This document shows, one piece after another, positions 49,741 to 60,086 of a stretch of DNA of 64,000 nt. The stretch's first letter is position 1. Each line of letters opens with the position of its first letter. Under the pieces are notes generated by a model. That model ran no database searches. It saw nothing but the letters and a program-made list of their open reading frames with translations, and was not told the DNA's origin. This DNA comes from Saccharofermentans sp. (lineage in GTDB: Bacteria > Bacillota > Clostridia > Saccharofermentanales > Saccharofermentanaceae), in NCBI GenBank assembly GCA_045600625.1, contig JAZRYF010000011.1:8964-72963 (forward strand). Direction: 5' to 3'. A program made the position numbers and the translations under genes.

Positions 49741-50945
49741 TCCTCCATATTAATTACACTTGTTACTACCGCATCAGCATAACCATCAGCAAAATTAATC
49801 CTAATTCTTGAATCAATATCCAAGTCATCAGCAGATATCACAGGTTTACCTTCATCCGACACAACATACGAATAACCTCTGCGAAGTACATTATGAGGTC
49901 CAAGCAGCGTTAGTGAATCTATATATTTAGATACTTGATTTCTCTCAAATGATATTCTATTAGAAATAGATACATTAAGACTATTAATAATACTATCGAG
50001 TTCTTTACGCTTTAATTTCACAGAAAATTCAGGTGAATATAAAGCTTTATTAGATGTAAGAGACTGAAGTTCAAATCTCTTTGATGCCAGATAATTACGC
50101 ATTTTTGAACTAATGCGATCTCTCAATACATCAATCTGCCCCTGAAGCTCATCATAAGTAGCTATAACATCCTCTGCAGCGGCAGTAGGTGTTGGAGATC
50201 TTTTATCAGCAGCATAATCAAGAATTGTATAATCTGTCTCATGACCAATAGCAGAAATAACAGGTATTGGACAATCATATACTTTTCTGGCTAGAGTCTC
50301 ATCATTAAATCCCCAAAGATCCTCAACAGAACCTCCACCTCTTGCTATAATAATTACATCAACATTTTGCCTTTGAACAAAATAATCAAGGCCATTAATA
50401 GCTTCAGAAGGACAATTTTCACCCTGAACTGCAGCGGGATAAACCAATACATCAAAATATGGATTACGCTCTCTTAATTTAACAATCATATCGTGAATTA
50501 CAGCACCAGTAGGTGATGTAATAATGCCGATTCTAGATGGTCTTATAGGTAGTGGTTTCTTATGCTCTGGAGCAAAAATACCTTCCTGATTAAGTTTATT
50601 GTACAAAAGTTTTAACTGCTCTTTAAGAGTTCCCTGACCTGCCAGCTTCATCGAATTACACTGAATCTGATATTTACCATTAGCAGAATACAAAGTACAA
50701 AAACCGGTGACTGTAACCTTATCACCGTCTTTTGGTCTGAAGGATATGCTCGCCACACGAGAAGCCCACATAACGCAAGCGATTTGTGATTCACTGTCCT
50801 TCAATGTGAAATATGCGTGCCCACTAGAATATACCTTAAAGCCAGAAATCTCGCCTGTAACAGCGAGATTAGATAATTTTGCGTCAGAAGACAGAACACC
50901 AGTAGTATACCTGTTAAGCTCTGAGATTGTTTTGAATTCAAACAA
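49737..50945 (-). CDS. xseA: Exodeoxyribonuclease VII large subunit
   Basis: OB-fold N-terminus plus the catalytic region (IIARGGGSVEDLW). I prefer the TTG 50945 start behind AAGGGGGA, just after the nusB stop. The longest ORF (to 51035) would overlap nusB by 77 nt. Confidence 0.9.
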   Translation of the reverse strand: MFEFKTISELNRYTTGVLSSDAKLSNLAVTGEISGFKVYSSGHAYFTLKDSESQIACVMWASRVASISFRPKDGDKVTVTGFCTLYSANGKYQIQCNSMKLAGQGTLKEQLKLLYNKLNQEGIFAPEHKKPLPIRPSRIGIITSPTGAVIHDMIVKLRERNPYFDVLVYPAAVQGENCPSEAINGLDYFVQRQNVDVIIIARGGGSVEDLWGFNDETLARKVYDCPIPVISAIGHETDYTILDYAADKRSPTPTAAAEDVIATYDELQGQIDVLRDRISSKMRNYLASKRFELQSLTSNKALYSPEFSVKLKRKELDSIINSLNVSISNRISFERNQVSKYIDSLTLLGPHNVLRRGYSYVVSDEGKPVISADDLDIDSRIRINFADGYADAVVTSVINMED

Positions 50946-50958
50946 AGATGAATCCCCC

Positions 50959-51357
50959 TTAAAGGCTCTTCTCGTAACTAGACAGTACCCCGTTAATATA
51001 GGAAGACGAATCGTCAGTACCAAATTTCTTGGCAAGCTTTACAGCTTCATTAATAGCAACGCTTGTTGGAATATCATCGTTATAACTTATCTCGTAGATG
51101 GCTGTCTCGAGAATAGCCTTATCGAGTTTTGGAATTCTGGCCAGAGTCCAGTTCTTGAGATAACTGGAGATAATCTCGTCGAGTTTATCTCGCATCTCTA
51201 AAATACCAACAACAGTTGACTTAAAATAATTTATATCCTCTTCAACCCCAGGATTATTCTCTACAAACATATTAATCTGATCAGCAATGTCTTCTAATCT
51301 GAAGTCATGCTGATAAACAAAGAATACAACAGCTTCTCTAGTCTCAATTCTACTCAT
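50959..51357 (-). CDS. nusB: Transcription antitermination factor NusB
   Basis: 132 aa with typical NusB sequence (REAVVFFVYQ..., INGVL). Confidence 0.92.
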   Translation of the reverse strand: MSRIETREAVVFFVYQHDFRLEDIADQINMFVENNPGVEEDINYFKSTVVGILEMRDKLDEIISSYLKNWTLARIPKLDKAILETAIYEISYNDDIPTSVAINEAVKLAKKFGTDDSSSYINGVLSSYEKSL

Positions 51358-51593
51358 CTTACTCTCCCTGGTGGCAGGATACGATCCATAAACTGCTTAA
51401 ACTTACCTTCATCGCCAAAGAAAAATGCTCCAACAATGAATCCTACCAATGTAAAAATAGTTATAAAAATGGTCTTCCATAGCCCAAAAATACAAATTAA
51501 GACAGCAACAACAAAGAAAACAAAAGCGAACATATAGCCTGCCTTTGTATTCTGTAGCTTCTCAATTAATTTGGACAGAAGCCTCTCAATCAT
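51354..51593 (-). CDS. Small two-TM membrane protein (DUF2273-like)
   Basis: 79 aa with two hydrophobic helices. It sits in the conserved position after the Asp23 and AmaP genes. Confidence 0.65.
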   Translation of the reverse strand: MIERLLSKLIEKLQNTKAGYMFAFVFFVVAVLICIFGLWKTIFITIFTLVGFIVGAFFFGDEGKFKQFMDRILPPGRVR

Positions 51594-51595
51594 AA

Positions 51596-52150
51596 TTAAC
51601 GTGCCTCGACACGAGCGGCTGCAGGTTCAACCTGCTTAACCTTAACCTTAACTTCCTCTACGATGATACCTGTATATCTCTCGATATCTTTCTTGATTCT
51701 CTCCTGAACCTTAGACATAGAAGAAGGAATTTCAACGTTAGAATAAAGAGTCGCACTGATTCCTACTTCAATGGAACCATTCTTACCAGAAGTTACTCTA
51801 GCTTTAACACTCTTAATACCAGCCTGAGCGGACATAGCAGCATTACGCGCAATACTCTCAAGCGCATCAGCTCCAATATCAACTGAACCAATATCAGTCT
51901 TACGAAGCTTAGTTCTGTATGCTCGACCAGCAGAAATTACACATACAATAGAAGCAACACAGGAAATAAGTACCAGACACAAAACAGCCACATAAGCATA
52001 TCTGGTTACTGGATTATTAACCATATTAGACAATGGTGATAGCAAATCAGCAAAGATGCCATCATCAATTACTGCAAACAATAATATAAATGTCAGAAGT
52101 GAAAGAAAAATCGAATATACAAATAAGAAAAAACGCATAAATCCGTTCAT
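51596..52150 (-). CDS. Alkaline shock response membrane anchor protein AmaP-like
   Basis: 184 aa with two N-terminal TM helices plus an Asp23-like C-terminal region, directly downstream of the Asp23 gene. Confidence 0.65.
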   Translation of the reverse strand: MNGFMRFFLFVYSIFLSLLTFILLFAVIDDGIFADLLSPLSNMVNNPVTRYAYVAVLCLVLISCVASIVCVISAGRAYRTKLRKTDIGSVDIGADALESIARNAAMSAQAGIKSVKARVTSGKNGSIEVGISATLYSNVEIPSSMSKVQERIKKDIERYTGIIVEEVKVKVKQVEPAAARVEAR

Positions 52151-52545
52151 ACTTCTTCCTCGCTTTCAGTAACTTCCTTCTTTTCAACTATACCACAAAC
52201 ATAGACATCTACTGACTCAACATCGAGACCAGTAAAGCGTTCTACATCTTTTTTTACTTTTTCCTGAATATTCCATGCTACCTCAGGAACAACCATTCCA
52301 TAATAGATAACTGGATAAATAGTAATAAAAACAACCTCTTTACGGCTGTCGCTGAAGACTACTCTTACACCCTTGCCTTCGTGAACAACTCCGGACTTTT
52401 CCTTAAGTGCAACTGCAAAAGAGGGCTTAAGCTCGTGAACACCTTCAATCTGAAGAGCGGCTTCAGCGGCATACTGTGCCACGAAGCCTTGTGTCATCGA
52501 GCGATCGCCCTTTATTGTTGCAATATCTGTAGTAATACCGTTCAT
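52147..52545 (-). CDS. Asp23/Gls24 family envelope stress protein
   Basis: 132 aa with the Asp23 pattern (VAQYAAEAALQIEGVHEL..., acidic C-terminus). Confidence 0.85.
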   Translation of the reverse strand: MNGITTDIATIKGDRSMTQGFVAQYAAEAALQIEGVHELKPSFAVALKEKSGVVHEGKGVRVVFSDSRKEVVFITIYPVIYYGMVVPEVAWNIQEKVKKDVERFTGLDVESVDVYVCGIVEKKEVTESEEEV

Positions 52546-52569
52546 ATACCCGCAGGTATCGAGATGCTA

Positions 52570-53127
52570 TTAAGCACGCTCGAGGTATTCACCTGTACGT
52601 GTATCTACTCTGATAATCTCATTCTGATTTACAAAGAGAGGAACCTTAACAACAGCACCAGTCTCGAGAGTAGCATACTTAGAAGCATTATTTGTTGTAT
52701 CGCCTCTTACACCTGGCTCACACTCAGTAATCTCAAGCTCAACAACGATAGGAAGCTCAACAGAGAAAACCTCACCCTTGTAAGAAAGAATCTTACAAAT
52801 CATCTCCTCCTTCAAGAATTTAATAGAATCGCCAATATTAGCAGCAGAAATAGGAGTCTGATCATATGTTTCCTGATCCATGAAGTAATAGAGATCACCA
52901 TCAGCATAAACATACTGCATATCTCTTCTATCAAGCTTAGCCTCTTCATACTTATCGTTAGGGTTGAAAGATCTCTCAACAACAGAACCTGTCTTAACAT
53001 TTCTGTACTTTGTTCTTACGAAAGCTGCACCCTTACCAGGCTTTACATGCTGGAACTCAACAACCTGATAAACCTGACTATCCATCTCAAAGCAAACACC
53101 ATTTCTAAAATCGCCTGCGCTGATCAT
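52570..53127 (-). CDS. efp: Elongation factor P
   Basis: 185 aa. [10 protein letters not shown]...[18 protein letters not shown]. Confidence 0.97.
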   Translation of the reverse strand: MISAGDFRNGVCFEMDSQVYQVVEFQHVKPGKGAAFVRTKYRNVKTGSVVERSFNPNDKYEEAKLDRRDMQYVYADGDLYYFMDQETYDQTPISAANIGDSIKFLKEEMICKILSYKGEVFSVELPIVVELEITECEPGVRGDTTNNASKYATLETGAVVKVPLFVNQNEIIRVDTRTGEYLERA

Positions 53128-53246
53128 TAATAAATCTCCTTTAATATTAAAAATAGTTACATAGCATTGTACTTAATAAGGAAAGAATATGCAACCTCAT
53201 GAAATTTAAAGTTGAATTTGATTATTATAGGCTTTAAAATTTTTGT

Positions 53247-54914
53247 ATGAATATTTCTTACGATAACATTTTTGATTTAATTAAAAAATGCGAGGTTTAC
53301 GATAAATCATTTTCTGAAGATGGTGTTGTGCTTCACTTCATTAATGAAATTGGAATTAGTAAAATCTCATATCGTATTTTTTATAATGACATCAATACTG
53401 AATCACATGATGTCTACATTGCACCCGATGCCACACTTGGAGAGTTATTTGAGTTTAAAAAATATTCAAGCAATGACAGATTAATTACTCTCAAAGTATT
53501 CAGATATATCGATTCATTTGATTTGTCAGAAAACGACAAATCATTACTCAATATTTTTGGTGAATGCACGGTATGTGGTATAAGCAACAAGAATCTAATT
53601 AAGGCATATGAAAATGCTAGAAACTATGACTCTTTAACCAAGCTTACTAATATCAATTATTTCACGAATCATTTAAGCAAATTAATTGAACAGGAATCTT
53701 CAGTCCTATACTCTGTCGCATGCATAAATATTAAGAATTGTGGAGCTATTAACAGAATATTTGGTTCCGATATTGTAGATAAGATTCTCAGGGATTTTGC
53801 TCAGGACAACCTTGAACTGCTGGATATTACTAAGAACGAATTGCTATCGCGTCTTTCGAGCGATACTTTCATTATGACAGTCCTTACAAGCCGTGTTGAC
53901 GAAGTAATTGACAAGATGAAGAGTGCTACTGTAAATGTAGAACTTAACGGAGATATAGTTGAGTATAACGTTGATATTAGGGCTGGTATTGTTAACCTTA
54001 AACATAACGATCGTAAAGCTTCTGAGATAGTTCATCTTGCTGAGCACGCTCTCGTCTACTCACGTTACGAGCAGTATTCAGATGTATTTAAAATCAGCTC
54101 GCACAGTTCTAATCAAATGGAACCTTCAGATCTCTCACAGGAAATTCATGAATCAATGAAGTCAAATAAGCTGTTCATCTACTACAAACCAAGTCTTAGA
54201 CTTAACGAAGATGGTTCATACAGATTATCAGGAGCTGAAGCTCAGTTAAGATTCCGTAAAAATGGAGAAATGGTTAATCCAGTTGACCTCATTTCAAATT
54301 CTCCAGAAAACAGCAATCTCCTTAGAGATATTAATGAATACCTTTTCCGTCATACATGCAAGCAAATTAACGAATGGTCTGAGCAGAACATCAATACTGT
54401 TCCTGTAGCGATAGAATTATTTGCTTTTGATTACTTTAATACTGCGTTTGCTGAGAATATTATTAGGTGCATCGATGGATATCACATCAACAGGCATGAC
54501 ATCATCCTTGAGTTTGACGAGAAGAACTTCCATGGTCATTTCCAGGAGATGCTTATTTGTGCAGAGAAATGCTTTAAGGCTGGTATCAGAGTTGCAATCA
54601 AAAACTATGGTTTCAGAGAATCTTCACTTGGCCTTTTAAGCGATATCAAGTGTCAGTATATTAAACTCAGTCCAAATCTTATTAATTCAGAATCCAACAA
54701 AAACAATATTATTCTTGAGAATATTATCAAGCTTGTTACTTCCCTTGGAATAGAAGTAATTTGCACTGACCCAGAGTCAGAAGAAATTGCAAAAAAGTTA
54801 ATCAAGTACGGCTGTGGTATCTTCCAGGGTGATATTTTTGATAAGTACCTCTCTGAGAGATTCTTTGAACGCAGACTTAAAAATCCTATTTATAGCGACA
54901 GCGTTAGTGAATAA
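53247..54914 (+). CDS. Cytoplasmic protein with degenerate GGDEF (SSDTF) and degenerate EAL domains
   Basis: 555 aa. The GGDEF position reads RLSSDTF. The EAL domain keeps EAQLR, ExxE (LEFDE) and QG but has KNYG for DDFG, KLS for KxD and CTDPE for EGVE. Confidence 0.8.
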   Translation: MNISYDNIFDLIKKCEVYDKSFSEDGVVLHFINEIGISKISYRIFYNDINTESHDVYIAPDATLGELFEFKKYSSNDRLITLKVFRYIDSFDLSENDKSLLNIFGECTVCGISNKNLIKAYENARNYDSLTKLTNINYFTNHLSKLIEQESSVLYSVACINIKNCGAINRIFGSDIVDKILRDFAQDNLELLDITKNELLSRLSSDTFIMTVLTSRVDEVIDKMKSATVNVELNGDIVEYNVDIRAGIVNLKHNDRKASEIVHLAEHALVYSRYEQYSDVFKISSHSSNQMEPSDLSQEIHESMKSNKLFIYYKPSLRLNEDGSYRLSGAEAQLRFRKNGEMVNPVDLISNSPENSNLLRDINEYLFRHTCKQINEWSEQNINTVPVAIELFAFDYFNTAFAENIIRCIDGYHINRHDIILEFDEKNFHGHFQEMLICAEKCFKAGIRVAIKNYGFRESSLGLLSDIKCQYIKLSPNLINSESNKNNIILENIIKLVTSLGIEVICTDPESEEIAKKLIKYGCGIFQGDIFDKYLSERFFERRLKNPIYSDSVSE

Positions 54915-55551
54915 CCTTCAAAAATGACCTTCTGTGAATAGGAGTCATTCCGTGCTCGCGAATAGCAGCATAATGAGCAGCAGTACCATAACCCTTATGA
55001 CCACCAAAGCCATAACCTTCATAGACAGAATCATATTCTTCCATAATTCTGTCTCGGGTAACCTTTGCCAAAATTGAGGCTGCAGCAATAGAATTAGACT
55101 TGGCATCACCTTTGATTATAGGTTCAACAATTGCTACATCAGTTCCCTGCAACTTAACTGCATCAACTAACAATACATCTGGAGCAAATCCTTTAAGAGT
55201 AAGTTCCGTAACACATGTTCTCATCGCACGCTTGGTTGCTTCTAGAATATTAATCTCATCAATAACATCAGCTTCAACTCTGCAAACAGCGTAAGCTAAA
55301 GCCTTCTCAACAATCTCGTCATAAAGCATATCTCGCTTTTTGGCAGATAATTTTTTTGAATCATCAAGACCTAAAATTGGCTTATCAGGATCAAGAATAC
55401 ACGCACCAGCAACAACAGGACCAGCAAGAGGGCCTCTTCCAGCCTCATCAATACCAGCAACTATACTCTTGCCCATATCGCGATACTTATTCTCATACTC
55501 ACTAAGTAAAGCGTACTTCTCAATTAGTTGTTCCTGGGTAAGCTTAGCCAT
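54904..55551 (-). CDS. rnhB: Ribonuclease HII
   Basis: GIDEAGRGPLAGPVV and DDSKKL motifs. Confidence 0.93.
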   Translation of the reverse strand: MAKLTQEQLIEKYALLSEYENKYRDMGKSIVAGIDEAGRGPLAGPVVAGACILDPDKPILGLDDSKKLSAKKRDMLYDEIVEKALAYAVCRVEADVIDEINILEATKRAMRTCVTELTLKGFAPDVLLVDAVKLQGTDVAIVEPIIKGDAKSNSIAAASILAKVTRDRIMEEYDSVYEGYGFGGHKGYGTAAHYAAIREHGMTPIHRRSFLKVIH

Positions 55552-55554
55552 TAT

Positions 55555-56403
55555 TTAAGGCCTCTCGAAAGTAATACGACCAATTCGTCCCTGTCTTAAA
55601 TCGTCAAGTAACAGTCTTGAGAAACGATCTTCATCAATTCTTCCACCGCTCATAAGACAGCCTTTACCCTTGGCCATTGCCAGGAATCGATCATATGGAT
55701 CATTAATTTCTTCATTAACTTTATATCTGTCAGCCATTAATTCAGGATACATATCCCACAACAAATTAGCTGCATCATAAGCAACATCTATAATATCTGT
55801 AACCTCTGCTTTAACAGCACCAGTTGCAGCTAGAACAACCTGATTTTTACGTGTGCCAAGCTTAGGCCATAAAACACCAGGCATATCCATTAACTCAAGT
55901 CTTCCACCTGTTGGAATCCACTTAGGAGCTCTTGTAACACCAGGCTTATCACCAGTAACAGCAGACTTTTTACCTGCAAGGCTGTTAATTAGAGTTGACT
56001 TACCAGTATTAGGAACACCTACAACCATTACTCTTATAGGTCTTCCAGTTCTGCCCTTGGATTCAGCCTTATCAAGTACATCCTTCATCAACTGCATAGT
56101 AATATCGTTAAGATTCTTAAGATTATTACGATCAATAGCCTTCATAGCTAGCGCATTAACGCCTTTTCCTTCAAGATGCTTAATCCATTCAGAAGTAACA
56201 TTCGGATCAGCCAAATCAGATTTATTAAGAATTACTATGCGCTTTTTATTGCCTATAATCTTATCAAGCTCCGGATTACGAGATGAAAAAGGAATTCTTG
56301 CATCAACAGTCTCATAAACCAGGTCTACCAGCTTAAGTTTGTCAGAAGTATCATTGAGGGCTTTGCGCATATGCCCCGGAAACCAGTTAATATCTTGTGC
56401 CAT
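55555..56403 (-). CDS. rbgA: Ribosome biogenesis GTPase A (YlqF)
   Basis: Circularly permuted GTPase: NKSDL comes before GVPNTGKST, then DMPG. Confidence 0.92.
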   Translation of the reverse strand: MAQDINWFPGHMRKALNDTSDKLKLVDLVYETVDARIPFSSRNPELDKIIGNKKRIVILNKSDLADPNVTSEWIKHLEGKGVNALAMKAIDRNNLKNLNDITMQLMKDVLDKAESKGRTGRPIRVMVVGVPNTGKSTLINSLAGKKSAVTGDKPGVTRAPKWIPTGGRLELMDMPGVLWPKLGTRKNQVVLAATGAVKAEVTDIIDVAYDAANLLWDMYPELMADRYKVNEEINDPYDRFLAMAKGKGCLMSGGRIDEDRFSRLLLDDLRQGRIGRITFERP

Positions 56404-56419
56404 AAATGTATTTTAACAT

Positions 56420-56449
56420 AAAAATAAGACACCACCGAAGTGATGTCTT
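56420..56449 (-). terminator. Intrinsic terminator after rplS
   Basis: On the minus strand, AAGACATCAC TTCG GTGGTGTCTT is followed by ATTTTTAT. Confidence 0.65.
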
Positions 56450-56478
56450 AAATTTAAAGTTTCCGAAACTTAATTAGA

Positions 56479-56820
56479 TTAGAGCTTCTCCTGAATACGA
56501 GCTGCCTTACCCTGACGGGATCTGAGATAATAGAGCTTAGCTCTTCTTACACGACCCTTACGTACAATCTCGATCTTATCGATCTTTGGGGAATTTACTG
56601 GCAAAATACGCTCAACACCTACGCCGTAAGAAATACGACGAATTGTCATTGTCTCAGAAAGTCCGCCGCCCTTACGAGCAATAACGTAACCCTCGAAAAC
56701 CTGGATACGCTCACGGCTGCCCTCCTTAATCTTAAGGTGAGCCTTTACATAGTCACCGATCTCAACTTCAGAAAACTTATTTCTGATGTTCTCGCTCTCA
56801 ATAACCTTTACCAAATCCAT
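56479..56820 (-). CDS. rplS: 50S ribosomal protein L19
   Basis: [13 protein letters not shown]... with ATG 56820 behind GGAGGA. The longest ORF reaches 56853. Confidence 0.96.
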   Translation of the reverse strand: MDLVKVIESENIRNKFSEVEIGDYVKAHLKIKEGSRERIQVFEGYVIARKGGGLSETMTIRRISYGVGVERILPVNSPKIDKIEIVRKGRVRRAKLYYLRSRQGKAARIQEKL

Positions 56821-56902
56821 TATGAGTTTCCTCCTTCTCCTGCAGGCGTTCATTAAAATCTATTTATTCCAGAGGACCGCCCTGATTAACCAATTAAAGT
56901 TA

Positions 56903-57637
56903 TCATAAGTTTTTTCGCATGGCAATAGTTTTTTGCCATTCATCTTCAGATATTTCGAGATTATCGAGCATATCTGGTCTTTTTTGCCATGTTTCTACCA
57001 AAGACGCTATTCTTCTGTGTTCATTTATCTTCGCATCATTACCTGAAAGCAAAACTTCAGGCACTTCACTTTGATGCCATGATGAAGGCATTGTATACTG
57101 CGGAGTTTCCAGTGTTCCATCCATATGAGATTCATTTGTAAATGCATCTTCATTAGGTAAAACATCTTCTATCATTCGGGACACTGAATCAATAATTACA
57201 CAGGCAGCTAATTCTCCACCAGTTAATACATAATCACCAATAGAAATCTCTTCATCACAGATTTCATCAATTACTCGTGAATCAATACCTTCATAATGTC
57301 CACAAATTATGCATATTTCCTTTTTCTTGGATAGCTCAATTACCTTTTTTTGATTAAGAACACTGCCCTTCGGACTAACATAAATTGTATAAGGCTTGTT
57401 ACCCTCACCATCAAACAAACTTTTCCAGCACTGGTATACAGGTTCACATTTTATTAAAAGACCTGTTCCACCACCATAAATTGTGTCATCAACCTTACCA
57501 TAATCGTTATCACAGAAATCGCGAATATTAACTGCATTAAGTTTAATCACGCCCCTAGATAAAGCACGTCCAGTAATTGATTCCCTCAAATTATTCTCGA
57601 TTTGAGATGGAAATAATGTCATAACATCAAACGTCAT
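56903..57637 (-). CDS. trmD: tRNA (guanine37-N1)-methyltransferase
   Basis: 244 aa with the TrmD SPOUT pattern (CGHYEGIDSRV, SIGDYVLTGGE). Confidence 0.95.
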   Translation of the reverse strand: MTFDVMTLFPSQIENNLRESITGRALSRGVIKLNAVNIRDFCDNDYGKVDDTIYGGGTGLLIKCEPVYQCWKSLFDGEGNKPYTIYVSPKGSVLNQKKVIELSKKKEICIICGHYEGIDSRVIDEICDEEISIGDYVLTGGELAACVIIDSVSRMIEDVLPNEDAFTNESHMDGTLETPQYTMPSSWHQSEVPEVLLSGNDAKINEHRRIASLVETWQKRPDMLDNLEISEDEWQKTIAMRKNL

Positions 57638-58157
57638 ATAATTCGTACAATCCTGCTGGCAAATTACACTTCATAAACCCATGTTCAATCTGAACATCAT
57701 AAAAAATCTGCTTAACAAATGGTACAAGCAAATCCTTTTTACCCTCACGCTTTATAACAACAATATGCTGAGCTCCAGTATCCATAACCTCCTTAACATG
57801 GCCCAAGGAATTATAGGTATCATCAATTACTTCCATATCCTTCATATCACTTATGAAGAAACTGTCTTTTTTCAAAGCTACTGCATTCTCACGATCAACA
57901 CTTAAGAATTTACCTTTAAGTGTCTCAGCTGCTGTTCTGTCAGGGTAGTCCTTAAACTTAAGAAGTACATTTCCACGATCCATACGAGAACATAAAACCT
58001 CACATGCTACTTCATTATTAGCATTTTCATCGCAGAAGAAAGCATTTTTAAGCTTAAGAAAACGGCGAGCATCATCGGTAATTGGGAAGACTTTTACCTC
58101 TCCCCTTATACCGTGTGCCGCCGTTATTTTTCCAATTATCAGGCGATTAGAAATCAT
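57627..58157 (-). CDS. rimM: 16S rRNA processing protein RimM
   Basis: IGKITAAHGIRGEVKV N-terminus plus a PRC barrel. Confidence 0.9.
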   Translation of the reverse strand: MISNRLIIGKITAAHGIRGEVKVFPITDDARRFLKLKNAFFCDENANNEVACEVLCSRMDRGNVLLKFKDYPDRTAAETLKGKFLSVDRENAVALKKDSFFISDMKDMEVIDDTYNSLGHVKEVMDTGAQHIVVIKREGKKDLLVPFVKQIFYDVQIEHGFMKCNLPAGLYELYDV

Positions 58158-58381
58158 CCAACTATATCTACTACAACCCTCTTACCGGACTTAAGATACT
58201 TAGCCTTCATGATAGAGCGAATAGCCTGAGCACGCTTACCATTCTTGCCAATAATCTTACCCATATCGTCAGGAGCAACAGAAAGCTCGAAAATAACAGT
58301 ATTTCCGCGCTCTGTCTTCTTAACCTGAACCTCGTCAGGGTTGTTTACGAGGGACTTCGCCATGTTCGTAAGTAACTCCAT
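58154..58381 (-). CDS. KH domain RNA-binding protein (YlqC-like)
   Basis: MELLTNMAKSLVNNPDEVQV...GKIIGKNGKRAQAIR. The start is ATG 58381 behind AAGGAG. The longest ORF overlaps rpsP. Confidence 0.85.
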   Translation of the reverse strand: MELLTNMAKSLVNNPDEVQVKKTERGNTVIFELSVAPDDMGKIIGKNGKRAQAIRSIMKAKYLKSGKRVVVDIVG

Positions 58382-58391
58382 TAGGTTCTCC

Positions 58392-58637
58392 TTAGATGAT
58401 GCCCTGCTTCTTAAGAAGGTCACGAACTGTATCTGTAGGCTGTGCACCGTTGCCAATCCACTTCTTAGCTGCCTCAGCATCAATGTTAACCTGCTTGTCA
58501 TCAGAAGTCATTGGATCATATGTACCAATCTCCTCGATGAAACGACCGTTTCTAGGATATCTGGAATCAGCTACTACTACTCTGTAGAAAGGAGCCTTCT
58601 TCTTACCAAGTCTCTTCAAACGAATCTTTACTGCCAT
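58392..58637 (-). CDS. rpsP: 30S ribosomal protein S16
   Basis: [26 protein letters not shown] with ATG 58637 behind GGAGGAAAG. Confidence 0.96.
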   Translation of the reverse strand: MAVKIRLKRLGKKKAPFYRVVVADSRYPRNGRFIEEIGTYDPMTSDDKQVNIDAEAAKKWIGNGAQPTDTVRDLLKKQGII

Positions 58638-58706
58638 TTTTCTTTCCTCCAAAAATGAATTTTGATTTTAATTTATATCTGACTTAAGCCCGTAGGCCTT
58701 TATCAC

Positions 58707-60083
58707 TTAGAAAAAACCTCTTCGGCCAAATGGATTACCACCGCCGAACTTACCACCAGGGAATCCCATTCCTCTTGGCATCTTGAATCCACCCTTATTA
58801 AACTGCTTCATAAGCTTTGATGTCTGGTCAAACTGCTTCATAAGCATATTAACATCCTGAACAGATGTACCAGAACCGGCTGCAATTCTCTTTCTTCTTG
58901 AAGCATTAAGAAGATTAGGATTCTTTCTCTCCTTTGCTGTCATAGAACGAATAATAGCCATATTTCTGTTGAGAACAGTCTCAGAATCCTCCAGCTGATC
59001 ATCTGTCACTTTACCAGATACACCAGGAAGCATATTCACAATATCCTTCATAGATCCCATTTTCTTCATCTGCTCGAACTGTGAAAGTAAATCATTCAGG
59101 TCGAACTTATTAGAAAGCATCTTCTCTAGAGACTTCTGAGCTTCTTCCTCATCAATATTGGCAGATGCTTTCTCAATTAAAGTCATAACATCGCCCATAC
59201 CAAGGATTCTGTCAGCCATTCTGCCTGGGTGGAAAACATCTATCTTATCAATCTTCTCACCTTCACAGATATACTTAATAGGCTTTCCTGTCATCTTTCT
59301 GATTGAAAGTGCAGCACCACCTCTGGCATCACCATCAAGCTTCGTCATAATGAAGCCATCCATACCGATAGCCTCTTCAAAACTCATAGCTACATTAACA
59401 GCTTCCTGACCAATCATGGAATCAACAACAAGCATCTTCTCATCAGGCTTAACTACTTCGTTAATAGCCTTAAGCTCATCCATCATCTCATCATCTACAA
59501 CTGTACGACCTGCTGTATCAACGATGAGATAATTACAAAGCATATACTTAGCTTTATCGATACCTTCCTTGGCAATCTTAATAGCATCCTTTTCTTCGAT
59601 ATTAATGTAGTTCTGGATACCAGCATTATCAGCAAGAACCTTAAGCTGCTGAGCAGCTGCTGGTCTATGTACGTCAACTGAAACTACCATAGGCTTCTTG
59701 CCATCTTTTTTCAGGATATTAGCAAGCTTAACTGCAGTTGTTGTTTTACCTGCACCCTGAAGACCATAGAGCATAATTACTGTAAAACCAGAAGAAGAAA
59801 CCTTAATTTTGGAATCTGAACCACCGAGAAGTTCAGTTAAGGACTCGTGTACAATTTTTACAATCTGCTGTCCAGGTGTAAAACTTCCTTCGATGTCTGC
59901 ATTAAGGCACTTAGCCTGCATGTCCTTAACGAAATCCTTAGTAACCTGATAGTTAACGTCAGCTTCAAGCAGGGACATACGAATCTCACGCATCATATCC
60001 TTAATATCAGACTCAGTAACACGTGCTTTACCACGCATAGAGTTAGTAATCTTTTGAAGCTTAGCCGAGAGGCTCTCGAACAT
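58707..60083 (-). CDS. ffh: Signal recognition particle protein Ffh
   Basis: NG domain (GLQGAGKTTT, DTAGR) plus a Met-rich M domain. Confidence 0.97.
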   Translation of the reverse strand: MFESLSAKLQKITNSMRGKARVTESDIKDMMREIRMSLLEADVNYQVTKDFVKDMQAKCLNADIEGSFTPGQQIVKIVHESLTELLGGSDSKIKVSSSGFTVIMLYGLQGAGKTTTAVKLANILKKDGKKPMVVSVDVHRPAAAQQLKVLADNAGIQNYINIEEKDAIKIAKEGIDKAKYMLCNYLIVDTAGRTVVDDEMMDELKAINEVVKPDEKMLVVDSMIGQEAVNVAMSFEEAIGMDGFIMTKLDGDARGGAALSIRKMTGKPIKYICEGEKIDKIDVFHPGRMADRILGMGDVMTLIEKASANIDEEEAQKSLEKMLSNKFDLNDLLSQFEQMKKMGSMKDIVNMLPGVSGKVTDDQLEDSETVLNRNMAIIRSMTAKERKNPNLLNASRRKRIAAGSGTSVQDVNMLMKQFDQTSKLMKQFNKGGFKMPRGMGFPGGKFGGGNPFGRRGFF

Positions 60084-60086
60084 TTG

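Noticed and set aside
52381-53130. 249-aa plus-strand ORF spanning the whole efp gene and part of the Asp23 gene
   Set aside because: It is antisense to two well-supported conserved genes. Its composition is rich in Leu, Ser, Asn, Ile and Cys, which is typical of the reverse frame of AT-rich coding DNA. It has no RBS and no recognisable motif.
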